Source of the DNA: Cyanophyceae cyanobacterium
Lineage (GTDB): Bacteria; Cyanobacteriota; Cyanobacteriia; Cyanobacteriales; Laspinemataceae
Assembly (NCBI GenBank): GCA_038321985.1
Contig: JBBQFN010000013.1
Coordinates: 1 to 64,000 of the forward strand
Length of the DNA stretch: 64,000 bases
Direction: 5' to 3'
Of this stretch, positions 1 through 10,451 are shown one piece after another. Made by a program: the position numbers and the translations under genes. The notes under the pieces are model-generated. The model was not told the origin of the DNA, searched no databases, and saw nothing but the letters and a program-made list of their open reading frames with translations. Position 1 is the stretch's first letter; each line of letters begins with the position of its first letter.

Positions 1-197
1 TATTTTTATCTGTTGAGGGCTAAACTTTGGTCTTCCTTACTTAATTTTATTATTTTTTAGTATTTTGGGGATTTATGATACTCGTTTTGGTCACTTTTAG
101 AGCTTGAAGCATTGACTTGTATGGCTTTCAGTTCCTGGGCTGGGGAGCGACTACAAAACAAAATAGAAAAACTTATCACCAAAAAGTCTGAAGAGCC
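1..197. mobile_element. Probable end of an insertion element interrupting the adjacent kinase gene; family not assignable, and the element continues off the left edge
   Basis: Kinase homology stops abruptly after DLSKIE, at the junction with GGCTCTTCAGAC... (minus strand from 197). AT-rich non-coding sequence follows, with an imperfect CTGAAAGCC...GCTTCAAG palindrome. No transposase lies in the window. Confidence 0.45.
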
Positions 198-897
198 ATT
201 CAATTTTGGATAAATCTAAAATATCATTGATTAAGCTCAGGAGACGTTCGCCACTCCGATGAATGATACCTAAATTCTTTTGTTGTTCACAGGTCAAGTT
301 AGAATTATGATTCATTAATTGAGTAAAGCCCAGAATCGCATTAAGAGGGGTGCGCAACTCATGGCTCATATTGGCGAGGAAGATACTTTTAGCGCGATTT
401 GCTGCATTCGCTAATTCTATGGCCTGTTGCAAGGCTTCTTCCGTGCGCTGCCGAACCGCAATTTCCCTTTCAAGCTCTTGATTTTTTTCTTCTAACCTTT
501 TTTTAAGTTTTCTGTTGGTTAATTGGGCTTCTATTCTAGCTAATATTTCTTCCGAACGAAAGGGTTTCGTGATATAATCAGCCGCCCCTTTTTTAAAGGC
601 TTCCAATAAATTCTCAACTTCATTGCTAGCCGTTAGAAAAATAATTGGAATCTCCTGAAATTTAGAGTCTTTTTTTAATATTTCACAGACCTCTAGTCCG
701 TTCATTTCGGGCATCATCAAGTCCAACAGAATCAAGTCTGGCTTAGCTGTTTCCACCCGGGATAAAGCGTGTAGACCGCTAGGGGCAAAAGTGGTTTCAT
801 AGCCTGCATTCTCTAATATTTCACCAATGACTTGCAGATTTTGGCGGTTGTCATCCACCACTAAAATTAAACAATCTTCGGGCTTAAATAGGGTCAT
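151..897 (-). pseudogene. Truncated response regulator-histidine kinase (REC + HisKA only; HATPase domain missing)
   Basis: REC (LVVDD, LLDLMMP, TKPF) and H-box [14 protein letters not shown] are present. The protein ends at [11 protein letters not shown] plus a 15-aa unrelated tail, with no N/G1/F/G2 boxes. Confidence 0.8.
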
Positions 898-1142
898 AAA
901 ATTTTAGAGTTGACAGCAAAGAATTAAACCAGGATACTCGTCCAATCAGTGACCCGTCATCGGGGAAAGTTGGAGCGAGCTTTGGCCTTGGACTCTCTTA
1001 AATAAGCCGAATTCTTATTTAGTGAGGACCCCTGACCTGGATTCCGCTGGAGCTTGTAGGACTCAAACCGGCGATACTGGAGGAATCGGTTTTTTAGACA
1101 TCCCCTTCTAGAGTCAAACAGTGAGCAGGGGGGAAAATAAAC

Positions 1143-4100
1143 TCAGGATAATGAGCGTCGGACCTCCGGGAACTTTTCCAAGGTTTTAGGCAGGCATTCC
1201 CAGTCAAAGGCGGCTATCTGGGCTTGGAGAGTCGTCGCGTAGTCTAGGAGTACCTGACATTGATATTCTACCCCCCAAGTGTACAAGCGATCGCTAAAGT
1301 TTTTTAAGTCACGCCGCTTCATCGTTTGAGATAACATCGGCCAGATTGTTTCCTCTTCTTGCCGGAGTTGTTCTAGTAATTCGGGCAATTTCGCTAAAAC
1401 TTTCCAATCCGGAGAGGTTGACCTTTTCAAAATCGGCTCGATTATATGAGAAGGCAGTAGAATCTCATCGGTTTCTTCAACCCTCCAAATAGTTTTTAAT
1501 AGAGAAACTAATTGAGATCGCTTCAGAGGTTTACGAAGAAACCCTTCGCATAAAGATTGAACGAGAGCTTCATCGCTAGAGCGCGAAGAAGCGGTGACTA
1601 CCACAATGGGAATTTGTTGGGTTTCTGGGTTTTTCTTAAGAAATTCTGCTACTTCAATTCCATTCAGTTCTGGCATCCACAAATCTAGTAAAATTAAATG
1701 GGGTTGGCAGGCGATCGCCTGTTCAATGGCCTCCCGACCATCGTGAGCAAATAGTAGTTGGTGCTTCGTCTGTCCAAAATAGCCGGCAATTAACTCTAGG
1801 TTAGAGGGGACATCATCCACAACTAAAATCCTCCCCGCCTGGAACTGCTCTAAATTTTCATCCGGTTGAGAACCCTCCATACTTTCTTTATAGGTACTGG
1901 CAATTTCCACATGGGGAAAGAGGAAGGTAAAGGTACTTCCCCCCTTAATTTGACTGTTTAAATGAACCGTTCCACCCAGCATTTTTGTGAGTCGTTTAGT
2001 AATAGCTAAACCCAAACCCGTGCCGCCATACTGGCGAGTTGTTTTACCATCATTTTGGATAAATGCTTCAAAAATATGCTCTTGGCGGTCGGGGTCAATT
2101 CCAATTCCAGTATCAGATACAGCTAACTCTAAACCTACATGAAGAGCGCTTGTTTCTATTGAAGAACCAGTATTCAAACTAATCGTCACTGCACCCCGTT
2201 CGGTAAATTTTAGGGCATTACCCACCACATTAAAGAGGATTTGCCGCAAGCGCACCTCATCAAATAAAATTCCTTCGGGAACCGATTCACTGATTTCAAT
2301 AAAAATGCCGATGCTCTTGGCTTCTGCCTTCTGAGCGAAAATCTGCTGGATATCCTGCACTAAAGCTCGAATTAATATCGGTTCATAGTTCAGTTCCAGC
2401 TTACCTGCCTCAATTTTAGAGAGGTCAAGAATATCATTAATCAACGCCAATAAAGTGTGGCCGCTAGTGGCAATAATCTGGAGATAGGATTGCTGTTGCG
2501 GCTCATTTATTATCCCCTTAAGCAATTCGCAAAATCCTAAAATTGCATTCATAGGGGTACGGATTTCGTGGCTCATATTTGCCAAAAACTCACTTTTCGC
2601 TTGGTTGGCCGCTTCGGCTTTTTCTTTCGCCTGTTGCAGTTCATCTTCAATCTGCTTGAGTTCAGTAATATCCATTTCAATTCCATCCCAAATTGTGCGG
2701 CCATCCTCCAAGCGACGCGGGACTGAGCGCAGTTGAGACCACTGTATCCTACCATCAGCGGTGTACTTCCGGATCTGCATTTGGAAAGGAGATAAACTGC
2801 GGAAAGATTCTTCAATAAGCTGGGCTTGTATTTCTTGCTCTTCGGAAAAAGTCCGGTTGATCAACAGGGTGGGATCTGCGATAATTGCCTCCGGTTCTAG
2901 TCCAATTAACCGCTGAATTCCCGCACTAATATAAGCAAAATGATACCGTCCATCGGGTTCGCGAACTAACTGATAAATCAGTCCTTTATCCAAGTTGTCC
3001 CCGAGGGTGCGTAGAATAGTTTCCCGTTCTTGGAGGGCGAGTTCAGCTTGTTTGCGATCGGTGATATCCTCCACAATATAGGAAAATCGCGGGCGATCGC
3101 TAGCAATTCCAAAAATTGGGCAAACGCTGGCACAGAGCCATTTTTCACCCCTAGGGCTTAGATGCTTATACTCAAATTTTACCGGCGTTCCCCTGGCTTG
3201 AGCCTCTTGGTAGTAACCCAACCACATCTGCAGGGAGGCTTGCGGAATACCCATCTCGGTTGCGAAGCGATTTTTCATAGCTTCGGTGGTTGTCCCAAAA
3301 AACTGGGCGCTCGCTATATTATCTGTCAAATGTAAAATATCTTCGGGATATAATTCCACAATTCCCATCAACATTGAAGCACTGTTAAAGAAGCTCCGCA
3401 GAGTTGATTCACTGTGTTGTACTGATTCCTCTGCCTGCTTGCGATCGGTGATATCTTCGGCAATTCCTACCAATCGGTAGGATTCCCCAGACTGCCCTTG
3501 AATGGCGAAAGAACGGGCGCGAATCCAGCGAATTTCTTGGGAAAATTTTACAATCCGATAGGTTTCATCAAAATCGATTCCTTGGCTAATTTGGCGAAGG
3601 AATTCTCTTCTAATCTGCTCTTGGTCCTCTGGGTGAACTGACTCTAGCCAATCTTGAGGATTTTTATATAAACTTTCGCAACTCCTCCCCCAGATTTTTT
3701 CATAAGCCGGACTGATATAAATCATCTCGCCGGATAGAGACAGGATAAAGAAAACTTCTCGAATATTTTCAGCAAGTTGTCGGAAATTTTCTTCACTTTC
3801 CCGTAATTCCTCCTGCGCTAGTTTAGCCGCAGTGATGTCTTGGAGAGTCCCAAAAAACCCTATTCTCTCTCCAGCTTCATCAAAAACTGGCTGTCCTTTT
3901 CCTAGGATATATCGCACCGAGCTATCCGGTAAAACAATTCTAAATTCATCTTCCTGGGGTAAACTCGGTGCGATCGCCCTCTGGAACTCTTCCGGAAATC
4001 GTGGTAAATCCTCCGGGTGAACTCGCTGTAAAAATTCTGGATAAGTGGGTTCGATTGTGTCGGGTTCAAATCCGAGAATGCGAAAGGTTTCCTCAGACCA

Positions 4101-7100
4101 TACCAGCTTTTGGGTGATGAGATTAAAGGACCAGTTTCCTAAATGAGCGATGCGTTGGGCTTCTACTAAAGCCCCTTGACTGTGGTGGAGCTTTTCCTCA
4201 ACTAATTTGCGATCGCTAACATCTAAAATAATTCCATGCCACACAATATCCCCATTCTCTCGCCGTTCGGGTTGGGAGTTTCCTTGTAGCCATTTAATTT
4301 TATTCGAGGGTGTAATAATTCGCCATTCATGCTTGAAAATTTCTAAATTTTCTAAAGAAACTTGGAAAGCCTTAAAATATCCCGATCGGTCTTGGGGATG
4401 AATACAATTAATAATACTCGCCTCGGGATGGTTTAAAACTTCGTCTAAAGTAGTTTCTAAAATATCTTCAATAGCCTGGTTAATATATTCAAATTCTAAA
4501 TTTTTATTAGGATGATAAACTAAAGAATAAATATTTCCAGGCACAGCTCTAGCTAGGTTTTGCAGACGATTCAAAGTTGTTTTTAAGGCTTCTTCTGACT
4601 GCTTACGTTCGGTTATATCAATAGACATTCCGATAATGCGATTCAAGTTTATGGAAATATCAGTAACGACTTTTGCATGGACTTGAATCCATCGCCATCC
4701 CTGATTAGTATGGGGATTATTAATTCGATATTCAGTTTGAAATCCCCCACCTTGGCGGATAGCTTCTTCATTTAAACGGTGTAATTCTTCTCGGTCTTCG
4801 GGGTGTACAAGAGCGAGATATTCTTCATAGAAGAGTAGCTCAGGAACAGAATGAACACTGGTTGCAGAAAACAAAATAGAGTTTGTTTTAAGGTCACGTT
4901 CCCAAGCAATAGTATTAGAAACTTCTAAGGCTAAACGCAAGCGGGATTCGCTGTCGCGGAGGGCCGCTTGTGATTCTTGGCTTTCCTGATAAAGATTAGC
5001 TTGATGAATTGCTATCCCCAAAGGTTCCGCCACTCGACGGGTAAGTTCAATATGTTCCTCCTGCCAGGTTAAACGATTGGGGTTCCACAAACTCAGGGAT
5101 CCCCAGATGATGCCATTCACAGTTAGAGGGACTAATAGCCAAGCTCCTTGGCGATCGCGGGCGACTTCTTGATTAATCGGGTCATCAATGGTATTAGTAT
5201 CAACTAACACAACTTTCAATTGTTTAAGTTGGGCTGCAAAGGGATTATCTTCATCTGGGATATCTTGAGCAGTTTCTTCTCGTAATTCTGAGACTTTATT
5301 ATAGGAAAATAAATGAGTCCAAAGCCCCCGTTGGGGGATATAACGAACAATTGCAGCCCGCTCAAATTCCACCAACTTAGCAATACCTGTGGTGGCTGTG
5401 GAGAAGATGGTACTCAAATCTAGGGATTGGTGGATCGCTTGAATAACCTGATTCAAGAGATTTTCCTGCTGAGTCTTTCGAGCAAGGGCTAGTTCAGCTT
5501 GTTTGCGAATGCTGATGTCAGTAACCATTGCCAAACTCCCCAGATACTGTCTCGATTCATCGAAAATCGGCGTAGCCGATAACAAAATCCAAAGGGGTTC
5601 GCCATTTTTACAGTAAAACTGAAAGTCATCCTGCTCAATAATTCCCTGTTTACGCCGTTCTAATTTCTGAGTCGCCTCTCGTTTTCCGGTTTCATTCATA
5701 AATTCAAACATAGATTTTCCGAGCATTTCCTCCGGAGTATATCCCAGTAATTCGGCCATTTTAGGATTGACAAAGTTGGTGCGCTCCTCGGCATCAAGGC
5801 TCCAAATTCCCTCGTTAGCAGTTTCTACAATCCGCCGATATTGTTCTTCACTTTTTTGCAGTGCTGCTTCCGCTTCTTTAAGACTGGTAATATCAACTGT
5901 AACCTGTGTTACAAACCAGCAATTGTTAGCGGCTTCAAATCGTGCGGTATAGCGTGCAGATAAATAACGAATTCTTCCATTTTTGTGATGAAATCGATAT
6001 TCAAAAGTGCTGGTTGGTTGTTGAGGGATTTTATCAAATAAGGGAAAAATAACGGTTTGTAAATCTTCAGGGACGATTCCAGTCATCCAGATCGATTTGT
6101 CCTCTAAAAATTCTTGGGGAGTATAGCCAAAGACTACTTCACATCCGGCAGATAAATAATTAATATCCCACTCTTGATTGGAAAAAAGTACAATTCTAAC
6201 AATCGCTGCGATCGAGTTATTTAAGATATCATTTAACTTTTGTTCGGAAGCAGTAAGCGCCAGTTCTAGATCTTTACGAGAGGTGATATCTTCTCCGAAC
6301 CCAATAAATCGGTCCGGGTTGCCCGCTTCATCCCGAAGGACGTTAAATTGGGAAAAAATCCAGCGAATTGCCCCATTGGGACGCACAATTCGATATTCAC
6401 AACCGAGGTCTTTTTCGTCAAAATTTTGGGGAACGGCGGAATTTATTCGGGGCAAATCATCGGGATGAATGGTCTCTAGCCACGAGTTAGAATCTTGATA
6501 CAAACTTTCACAGCTACGGCCCCATATTTGTTCATAAGAGGGACTGACGTAAATAAATTCTCCGGTGGTTGCCGATCGTATGAAGAAAACTTGCCCAATC
6601 TTTTGAACAATCTCCCGAAATCGCTCTTCGCTGTCCCGCAAAGCCAGCTCAATTTTTTTACGTTCCCCAATTTCTTTACTAATTGAAAGAATAACCTGCT
6701 CTCCATCAATTTCGATAAGTGTGCAGGAAATCAGAGAAATTAAAATTTCTCCCGATTGGGTACGCCAGTGAAATTCCTGATTTTTAACAACTCCAGTTTC
6801 CGATAGTTTCTTCCAAATTTCTTCTACTTCTTCAGGTTGAACAATTAAATTAATATCCGTCGCGGTGCGATCGATAATTTCATCGTAGTTATACCCAGAT
6901 AATTCCAAAAAAGCGTTATTCACCTCCAGCCAGGATCCATCTTCTACACGGGTGATGGCGATCGGATCGGGACTGTGATAAAAAATCGTCGCATATCGGG
7001 CTTCGGACTCGCGCAAATTTATCTGGAGACGAGCAAAGGCGTCGCGCAATTGTGCCGACATTTGATTGAACGATCGCGCCATCCCCGCCAATTCTCGGAT

Positions 7101-8312
7101 GGGTAAATTTTCGTCCAAATTGTGATCCAAATCTCCGTGAGCTAAAGTAGCGGCAGTTTGGCTGAGGGTAACAATCGGACGAGCAATCCACTGTGCCAAC
7201 CCGGTTCCCAGGGCGGCTGCTACCATGACAGCTAATACTCCCAGCCCGATGCTCTCTTTAATTGAGGCATTTAGCGTTCCCATCAAATCCGATTCCGGGA
7301 TAACCGTTACAATCATCCACTTTAGCCCATCCTCTGCATTTTTATAGGGCAGGATATGGGAAAAATAATTTTCACCTTTTTCCGTAAACTCCCACTCGGA
7401 AAAAAGATCATTTTGACTCCAATCTTGATTATTTGAAAGCAAATATTCAGTTGCAGATTGCACCAATTTATTAGAACTTTCCCTCGCCGATATCCGCTGA
7501 ATTTTTCCTTCGTCGCTTTTAATTAAAGGTCTTTCCCCCGTAGAACTGGCAATTAATGAGCCATCGGGTTCTATCAGAAAAATAACCCCGGATTCGCCTA
7601 ATTTAACGTTTTTTAATACCTGACTGAAATGATTCATTGGTAAACTAATTGCAAAAACTCCGGTTACGTCTTGAGTAACCGAGTCAGTAATCGGCCAACT
7701 GGCATTAATAGCTAACTCTTCGCAATCCCAAAGTTGGAAATCCAGAGTCCATTTAGACCCTTGTTTTTGTTTGGCAGCCAGATACCAGGGACGTTCCCGA
7801 ATATCCCAGTATGACGGTAGCACTTCAGTTTGTTGCGGGGCTAGGCTGCGTTGGCCGTTAGAGTTGATAGAGTATTGATAAAGAGTCTGAATGTTGGGAT
7901 GGTTAATCGCCCCTAGGGTTGTTTTCCCCTCAAAATTGCTGGCAATTCTGACATCTCCTTCTTCATTCACATAAAGAATATTAGGAATTTCAGTAAAGCT
8001 AGAAATTTCCCACATTAACTGCTGTTCTACTTCATCCAAATTCTGGGGGTTTAGGCGCTCAAACTGAACAGCATTGACATTGCTACGATTAATCTGTTCG
8101 GCTAAGGAAAAATATTTATTTAAGTAAGAATCCACTTGGACCCCGGCTTTAGTCATCAACTGGTGCGCCATGAGTGCGATCGCTTCGTGACTGCGCTGCA
8201 CAAAAAGAGAGTTGGTTAGCCCGATGCTCAACACTAATAACAGGACCAAAGGCACATTTAACAGTAGTTGTAGTGGTATCTTCAGGCGGGGAATCGAAAA
8301 AAAATCTTTCAT
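1143..8312 (-). CDS. Membrane hybrid sensor histidine kinase (Cache-like, HAMP, many PAS/PAC, GAF, HisKA, HATPase, REC), 2389 aa
   Basis: Two TM segments flank a Cache-like region (DIRERPWY); HAMP (FNQM); repeated PAS motifs (HPED, DIT.RK); [29 protein letters not shown]-terminal REC. Confidence 0.95.
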   Translation of the reverse strand: MKDFFSIPRLKIPLQLLLNVPLVLLLVLSIGLTNSLFVQRSHEAIALMAHQLMTKAGVQVDSYLNKYFSLAEQINRSNVNAVQFERLNPQNLDEVEQQLMWEISSFTEIPNILYVNEEGDVRIASNFEGKTTLGAINHPNIQTLYQYSINSNGQRSLAPQQTEVLPSYWDIRERPWYLAAKQKQGSKWTLDFQLWDCEELAINASWPITDSVTQDVTGVFAISLPMNHFSQVLKNVKLGESGVIFLIEPDGSLIASSTGERPLIKSDEGKIQRISARESSNKLVQSATEYLLSNNQDWSQNDLFSEWEFTEKGENYFSHILPYKNAEDGLKWMIVTVIPESDLMGTLNASIKESIGLGVLAVMVAAALGTGLAQWIARPIVTLSQTAATLAHGDLDHNLDENLPIRELAGMARSFNQMSAQLRDAFARLQINLRESEARYATIFYHSPDPIAITRVEDGSWLEVNNAFLELSGYNYDEIIDRTATDINLIVQPEEVEEIWKKLSETGVVKNQEFHWRTQSGEILISLISCTLIEIDGEQVILSISKEIGERKKIELALRDSEERFREIVQKIGQVFFIRSATTGEFIYVSPSYEQIWGRSCESLYQDSNSWLETIHPDDLPRINSAVPQNFDEKDLGCEYRIVRPNGAIRWIFSQFNVLRDEAGNPDRFIGFGEDITSRKDLELALTASEQKLNDILNNSIAAIVRIVLFSNQEWDINYLSAGCEVVFGYTPQEFLEDKSIWMTGIVPEDLQTVIFPLFDKIPQQPTSTFEYRFHHKNGRIRYLSARYTARFEAANNCWFVTQVTVDITSLKEAEAALQKSEEQYRRIVETANEGIWSLDAEERTNFVNPKMAELLGYTPEEMLGKSMFEFMNETGKREATQKLERRKQGIIEQDDFQFYCKNGEPLWILLSATPIFDESRQYLGSLAMVTDISIRKQAELALARKTQQENLLNQVIQAIHQSLDLSTIFSTATTGIAKLVEFERAAIVRYIPQRGLWTHLFSYNKVSELREETAQDIPDEDNPFAAQLKQLKVVLVDTNTIDDPINQEVARDRQGAWLLVPLTVNGIIWGSLSLWNPNRLTWQEEHIELTRRVAEPLGIAIHQANLYQESQESQAALRDSESRLRLALEVSNTIAWERDLKTNSILFSATSVHSVPELLFYEEYLALVHPEDREELHRLNEEAIRQGGGFQTEYRINNPHTNQGWRWIQVHAKVVTDISINLNRIIGMSIDITERKQSEEALKTTLNRLQNLARAVPGNIYSLVYHPNKNLEFEYINQAIEDILETTLDEVLNHPEASIINCIHPQDRSGYFKAFQVSLENLEIFKHEWRIITPSNKIKWLQGNSQPERRENGDIVWHGIILDVSDRKLVEEKLHHSQGALVEAQRIAHLGNWSFNLITQKLVWSEETFRILGFEPDTIEPTYPEFLQRVHPEDLPRFPEEFQRAIAPSLPQEDEFRIVLPDSSVRYILGKGQPVFDEAGERIGFFGTLQDITAAKLAQEELRESEENFRQLAENIREVFFILSLSGEMIYISPAYEKIWGRSCESLYKNPQDWLESVHPEDQEQIRREFLRQISQGIDFDETYRIVKFSQEIRWIRARSFAIQGQSGESYRLVGIAEDITDRKQAEESVQHSESTLRSFFNSASMLMGIVELYPEDILHLTDNIASAQFFGTTTEAMKNRFATEMGIPQASLQMWLGYYQEAQARGTPVKFEYKHLSPRGEKWLCASVCPIFGIASDRPRFSYIVEDITDRKQAELALQERETILRTLGDNLDKGLIYQLVREPDGRYHFAYISAGIQRLIGLEPEAIIADPTLLINRTFSEEQEIQAQLIEESFRSLSPFQMQIRKYTADGRIQWSQLRSVPRRLEDGRTIWDGIEMDITELKQIEDELQQAKEKAEAANQAKSEFLANMSHEIRTPMNAILGFCELLKGIINEPQQQSYLQIIATSGHTLLALINDILDLSKIEAGKLELNYEPILIRALVQDIQQIFAQKAEAKSIGIFIEISESVPEGILFDEVRLRQILFNVVGNALKFTERGAVTISLNTGSSIETSALHVGLELAVSDTGIGIDPDRQEHIFEAFIQNDGKTTRQYGGTGLGLAITKRLTKMLGGTVHLNSQIKGGSTFTFLFPHVEIASTYKESMEGSQPDENLEQFQAGRILVVDDVPSNLELIAGYFGQTKHQLLFAHDGREAIEQAIACQPHLILLDLWMPELNGIEVAEFLKKNPETQQIPIVVVTASSRSSDEALVQSLCEGFLRKPLKRSQLVSLLKTIWRVEETDEILLPSHIIEPILKRSTSPDWKVLAKLPELLEQLRQEEETIWPMLSQTMKRRDLKNFSDRLYTWGVEYQCQVLLDYATTLQAQIAAFDWECLPKTLEKFPEVRRSLS

Positions 8313-8642
8313 AACCCTTCAACAATAACAGACCCGTAAATAATCCGATAAAAATTGCTACTCTTTATTTTTTCAATTTAATCCCCTATATTCTAAGTTT
8401 ATCAAACCCAATATATCAACTTAGTCGGGTTGAACTGAGCTGGGTTCCCTAACTTTCCTCGGAAAAGCTGATCAGGACGCCCTGATGGCTCAAAAGGAAT
8501 GGGTGAGGTGGCTATTTTCCCCCAACACCCAGGACACAGAATGGCGGAGATACTTTCATCATTTAGTTTAACCAATTTTCATTCACAGTAGACTAGAATC
8601 GCCTAATATATTTAATAACTGCATTACTTTCGGAGTCTAAAG

Positions 8643-8804
8643 ATGCCTAAAGATAAGGATAAGGATACCCAAATTCAGACGGTCCAGGATAGCACTAACC
8701 CGGGTAGCCAAATTACCAAACTAGCCCCTGGCCCTCACGAGCGTCCGATTGCCGCAAATAGTAACCCTGTTAAGGAATCGGAGTTAATGGGTTATCTAGA
8801 TTAA
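8643..8804 (+). CDS. Small protein, 53 aa (MPKDKDKDTQ...HERPIAANSNPVKESELMGYLD)
   Basis: Open frame from ATG 8643 to TAA 8804, GGAG RBS just upstream, and a strong hairpin/T-tract downstream. Below the ORF-track length cutoff. Confidence 0.65.
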   Translation: MPKDKDKDTQIQTVQDSTNPGSQITKLAPGPHERPIAANSNPVKESELMGYLD

Positions 8805-8880
8805 GGGATTATAAAGCCTCCTCAGTCGGTAGACATTATTAACCCTTTCGGTGAAATGAGCGCGCCAATAAAATCTGAAT

Positions 8881-8921
8881 TCCCTTCCCACCTTCTCGGG
8901 GTGGGAAGGGATGTCTTTTTT
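8881..8921 (+). terminator. Rho-independent terminator
   Basis: 12-bp stem TCCCTTCCCACC-loop-GGTGGGAAGGGA followed by a T-rich tract; lies between the convergent small ORF and kptA. Confidence 0.75.
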
Positions 8922-9101
8922 CTTTTTATAGGGATTATTTAGTTTGATCCTGTTAATTGGATTGAGGTTCATTCCCTTAAAATAACTCCCCTCTCCCTCT
9001 CCAGCTCTAAAAGGATTAATAACCAAATCTCCCAACGTTACTGGGTTGCTCTCGTTTGTACAGCAATCTTTTAAAGCTCGATTTGGTATAACCTCTGTGT
9101 T

Positions 9102-9650
9102 TTAGCTCAGAACTAAATACTGAGGCGGCACTTCCTCGATTAGCCAAACTCCATTTTCAGAACAGTAAAATAAATAGCCATCCTGGTGCATTTGGGCAGA
9201 TTTGATCATAAAAATCACAGGTTTACCATGTCGCTTCCCCACCTGTTTAGCAGTTTCGATATCCCTGGATAAATGAACGTGATGGCGCGATCGCTTTTGT
9301 AACCCCTGAACGAGAATCGACTCGACGGATTTTTCTCCGGTGCCATGATAGAGAATATCCGGTGGACAAATAGGTTCAAGTTGCAACTCCACCGGAATAC
9401 TGTGCCCCTGGTTGGCGCGAATTCGAGTTCCGGTTGGATCAAATGAAAAGCGTTGTTTATTACTCGTTTCCACCACTGAATCCAGTTCCGAACGAGAGAT
9501 TGGAAATTGATTTTTTTCTGCTGCCTCTAGCAAGGCTTTCACAGAAACCCAACCCCCCGCTTCCAATTCTAATCCGATTCCTTGGGGGTTGTGTCGTAAG
9601 TGATAGCTGAGATATTTACTAATTTCCAGGTGACGAAAGTTTTGGCTCAT
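9102..9650 (-). CDS. kptA: RNA 2'-phosphotransferase (Tpt1/KptA family)
   Basis: Motifs SKYLSYHLRH, KQRF, IRANQGHS, LYHGT, RHHVHLS, NGVWL. Confidence 0.95.
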   Translation of the reverse strand: MSQNFRHLEISKYLSYHLRHNPQGIGLELEAGGWVSVKALLEAAEKNQFPISRSELDSVVETSNKQRFSFDPTGTRIRANQGHSIPVELQLEPICPPDILYHGTGEKSVESILVQGLQKRSRHHVHLSRDIETAKQVGKRHGKPVIFMIKSAQMHQDGYLFYCSENGVWLIEEVPPQYLVLS

Positions 9651-9901
9651 AAAATTTCTTTAATTTAATGGATAGTGAACATCAATCCTGTGAGATTGGA
9701 GATAAAGGGGCGACCCTCACCCCTGTCAAAACTAAGCAAAATATATCTCATTTTTCTGAAAAATAACTTGTTTTTAGAAAAGGGCTTAAAATCCACCAAT
9801 ATTTATCCCGCTCCTTTAACTTTTTTTTCGATTTTTGGTTATAACTGATGCATGAAGCCTGAGCTATGACCTCCACACTAACCGCTTTTTATAAAAAGGG
9901 A

Positions 9902-9929
9902 TTGACAAATGCCAGAGGAAGGATAAAAT
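9902..9929 (+). promoter_or_regulatory. Sigma70-type promoter of the 9973 gene
   Basis: TTGACA-N16-TAAAAT, followed by a GGAGGG RBS before ATG 9973. Confidence 0.6.
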
Positions 9930-9972
9930 AGTTTTAACTCCATATTCACTAGGCCCTCCAGGAGGGTGTATA

Positions 9973-10347
9973 ATGAACCGAAACTTTACGGTTAATCTGT
10001 CCTTCCGTTCTCTACTTATTGGGGTGGCATTATGCCTACCTTTTGTGACTACGGTTGCCCGCGCTGAGACCAGCCCTCAATATCAGTTTACGGTTACTAA
10101 CGATACAGGTAGCACTATTACCGAACTTTACGTCGATGATGCTGCGGAGGCCGCCTGGGGCGACAGTATCCTAGTCGATTCAATCGAACCCGAGAGTACG
10201 GCTTCATTTTATTGGGCCGATGAAGACTGGGAAGAGGGAGACCCCTGTTTATATGATGTTTTTACCCGCAGTGAAGATGGAACAGAAGGCTTCGCTGCTG
10301 CTATGGATTTTTGCGAGAATCCTGATATCGTAGTTTCTCCCAAATAA
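9973..10347 (+). CDS. Small secreted acidic protein of unknown function
   Basis: Sec signal ending in ARA; beta-rich mature part FTVTNDTG..ITELYV with two Cys; strong RBS. Confidence 0.8.
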   Translation: MNRNFTVNLSFRSLLIGVALCLPFVTTVARAETSPQYQFTVTNDTGSTITELYVDDAAEAAWGDSILVDSIEPESTASFYWADEDWEEGDPCLYDVFTRSEDGTEGFAAAMDFCENPDIVVSPK

Positions 10348-10397
10348 GTAACTCGATAAAATGAAACCGGAGACTGGTTTCTATTTTAGGAATGTAG

Positions 10398-10432
10398 AGG
10401 GAGAAGGGGCCGATCGCCCCCTTCTCCCTTTT
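10398..10432. terminator. Hairpin terminator between convergent genes
   Basis: AGGGAGAAGGGG-loop-CCCCTTCTCCCT followed by TTT. Confidence 0.65.
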
Positions 10433-10451
10433 ATCATTCACGCAAAACCCT

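Noticed and set aside
8796..9035. 79-aa minus-strand ORF
   Set aside because: Crosses a terminator hairpin and uses a weak start; probably spurious.
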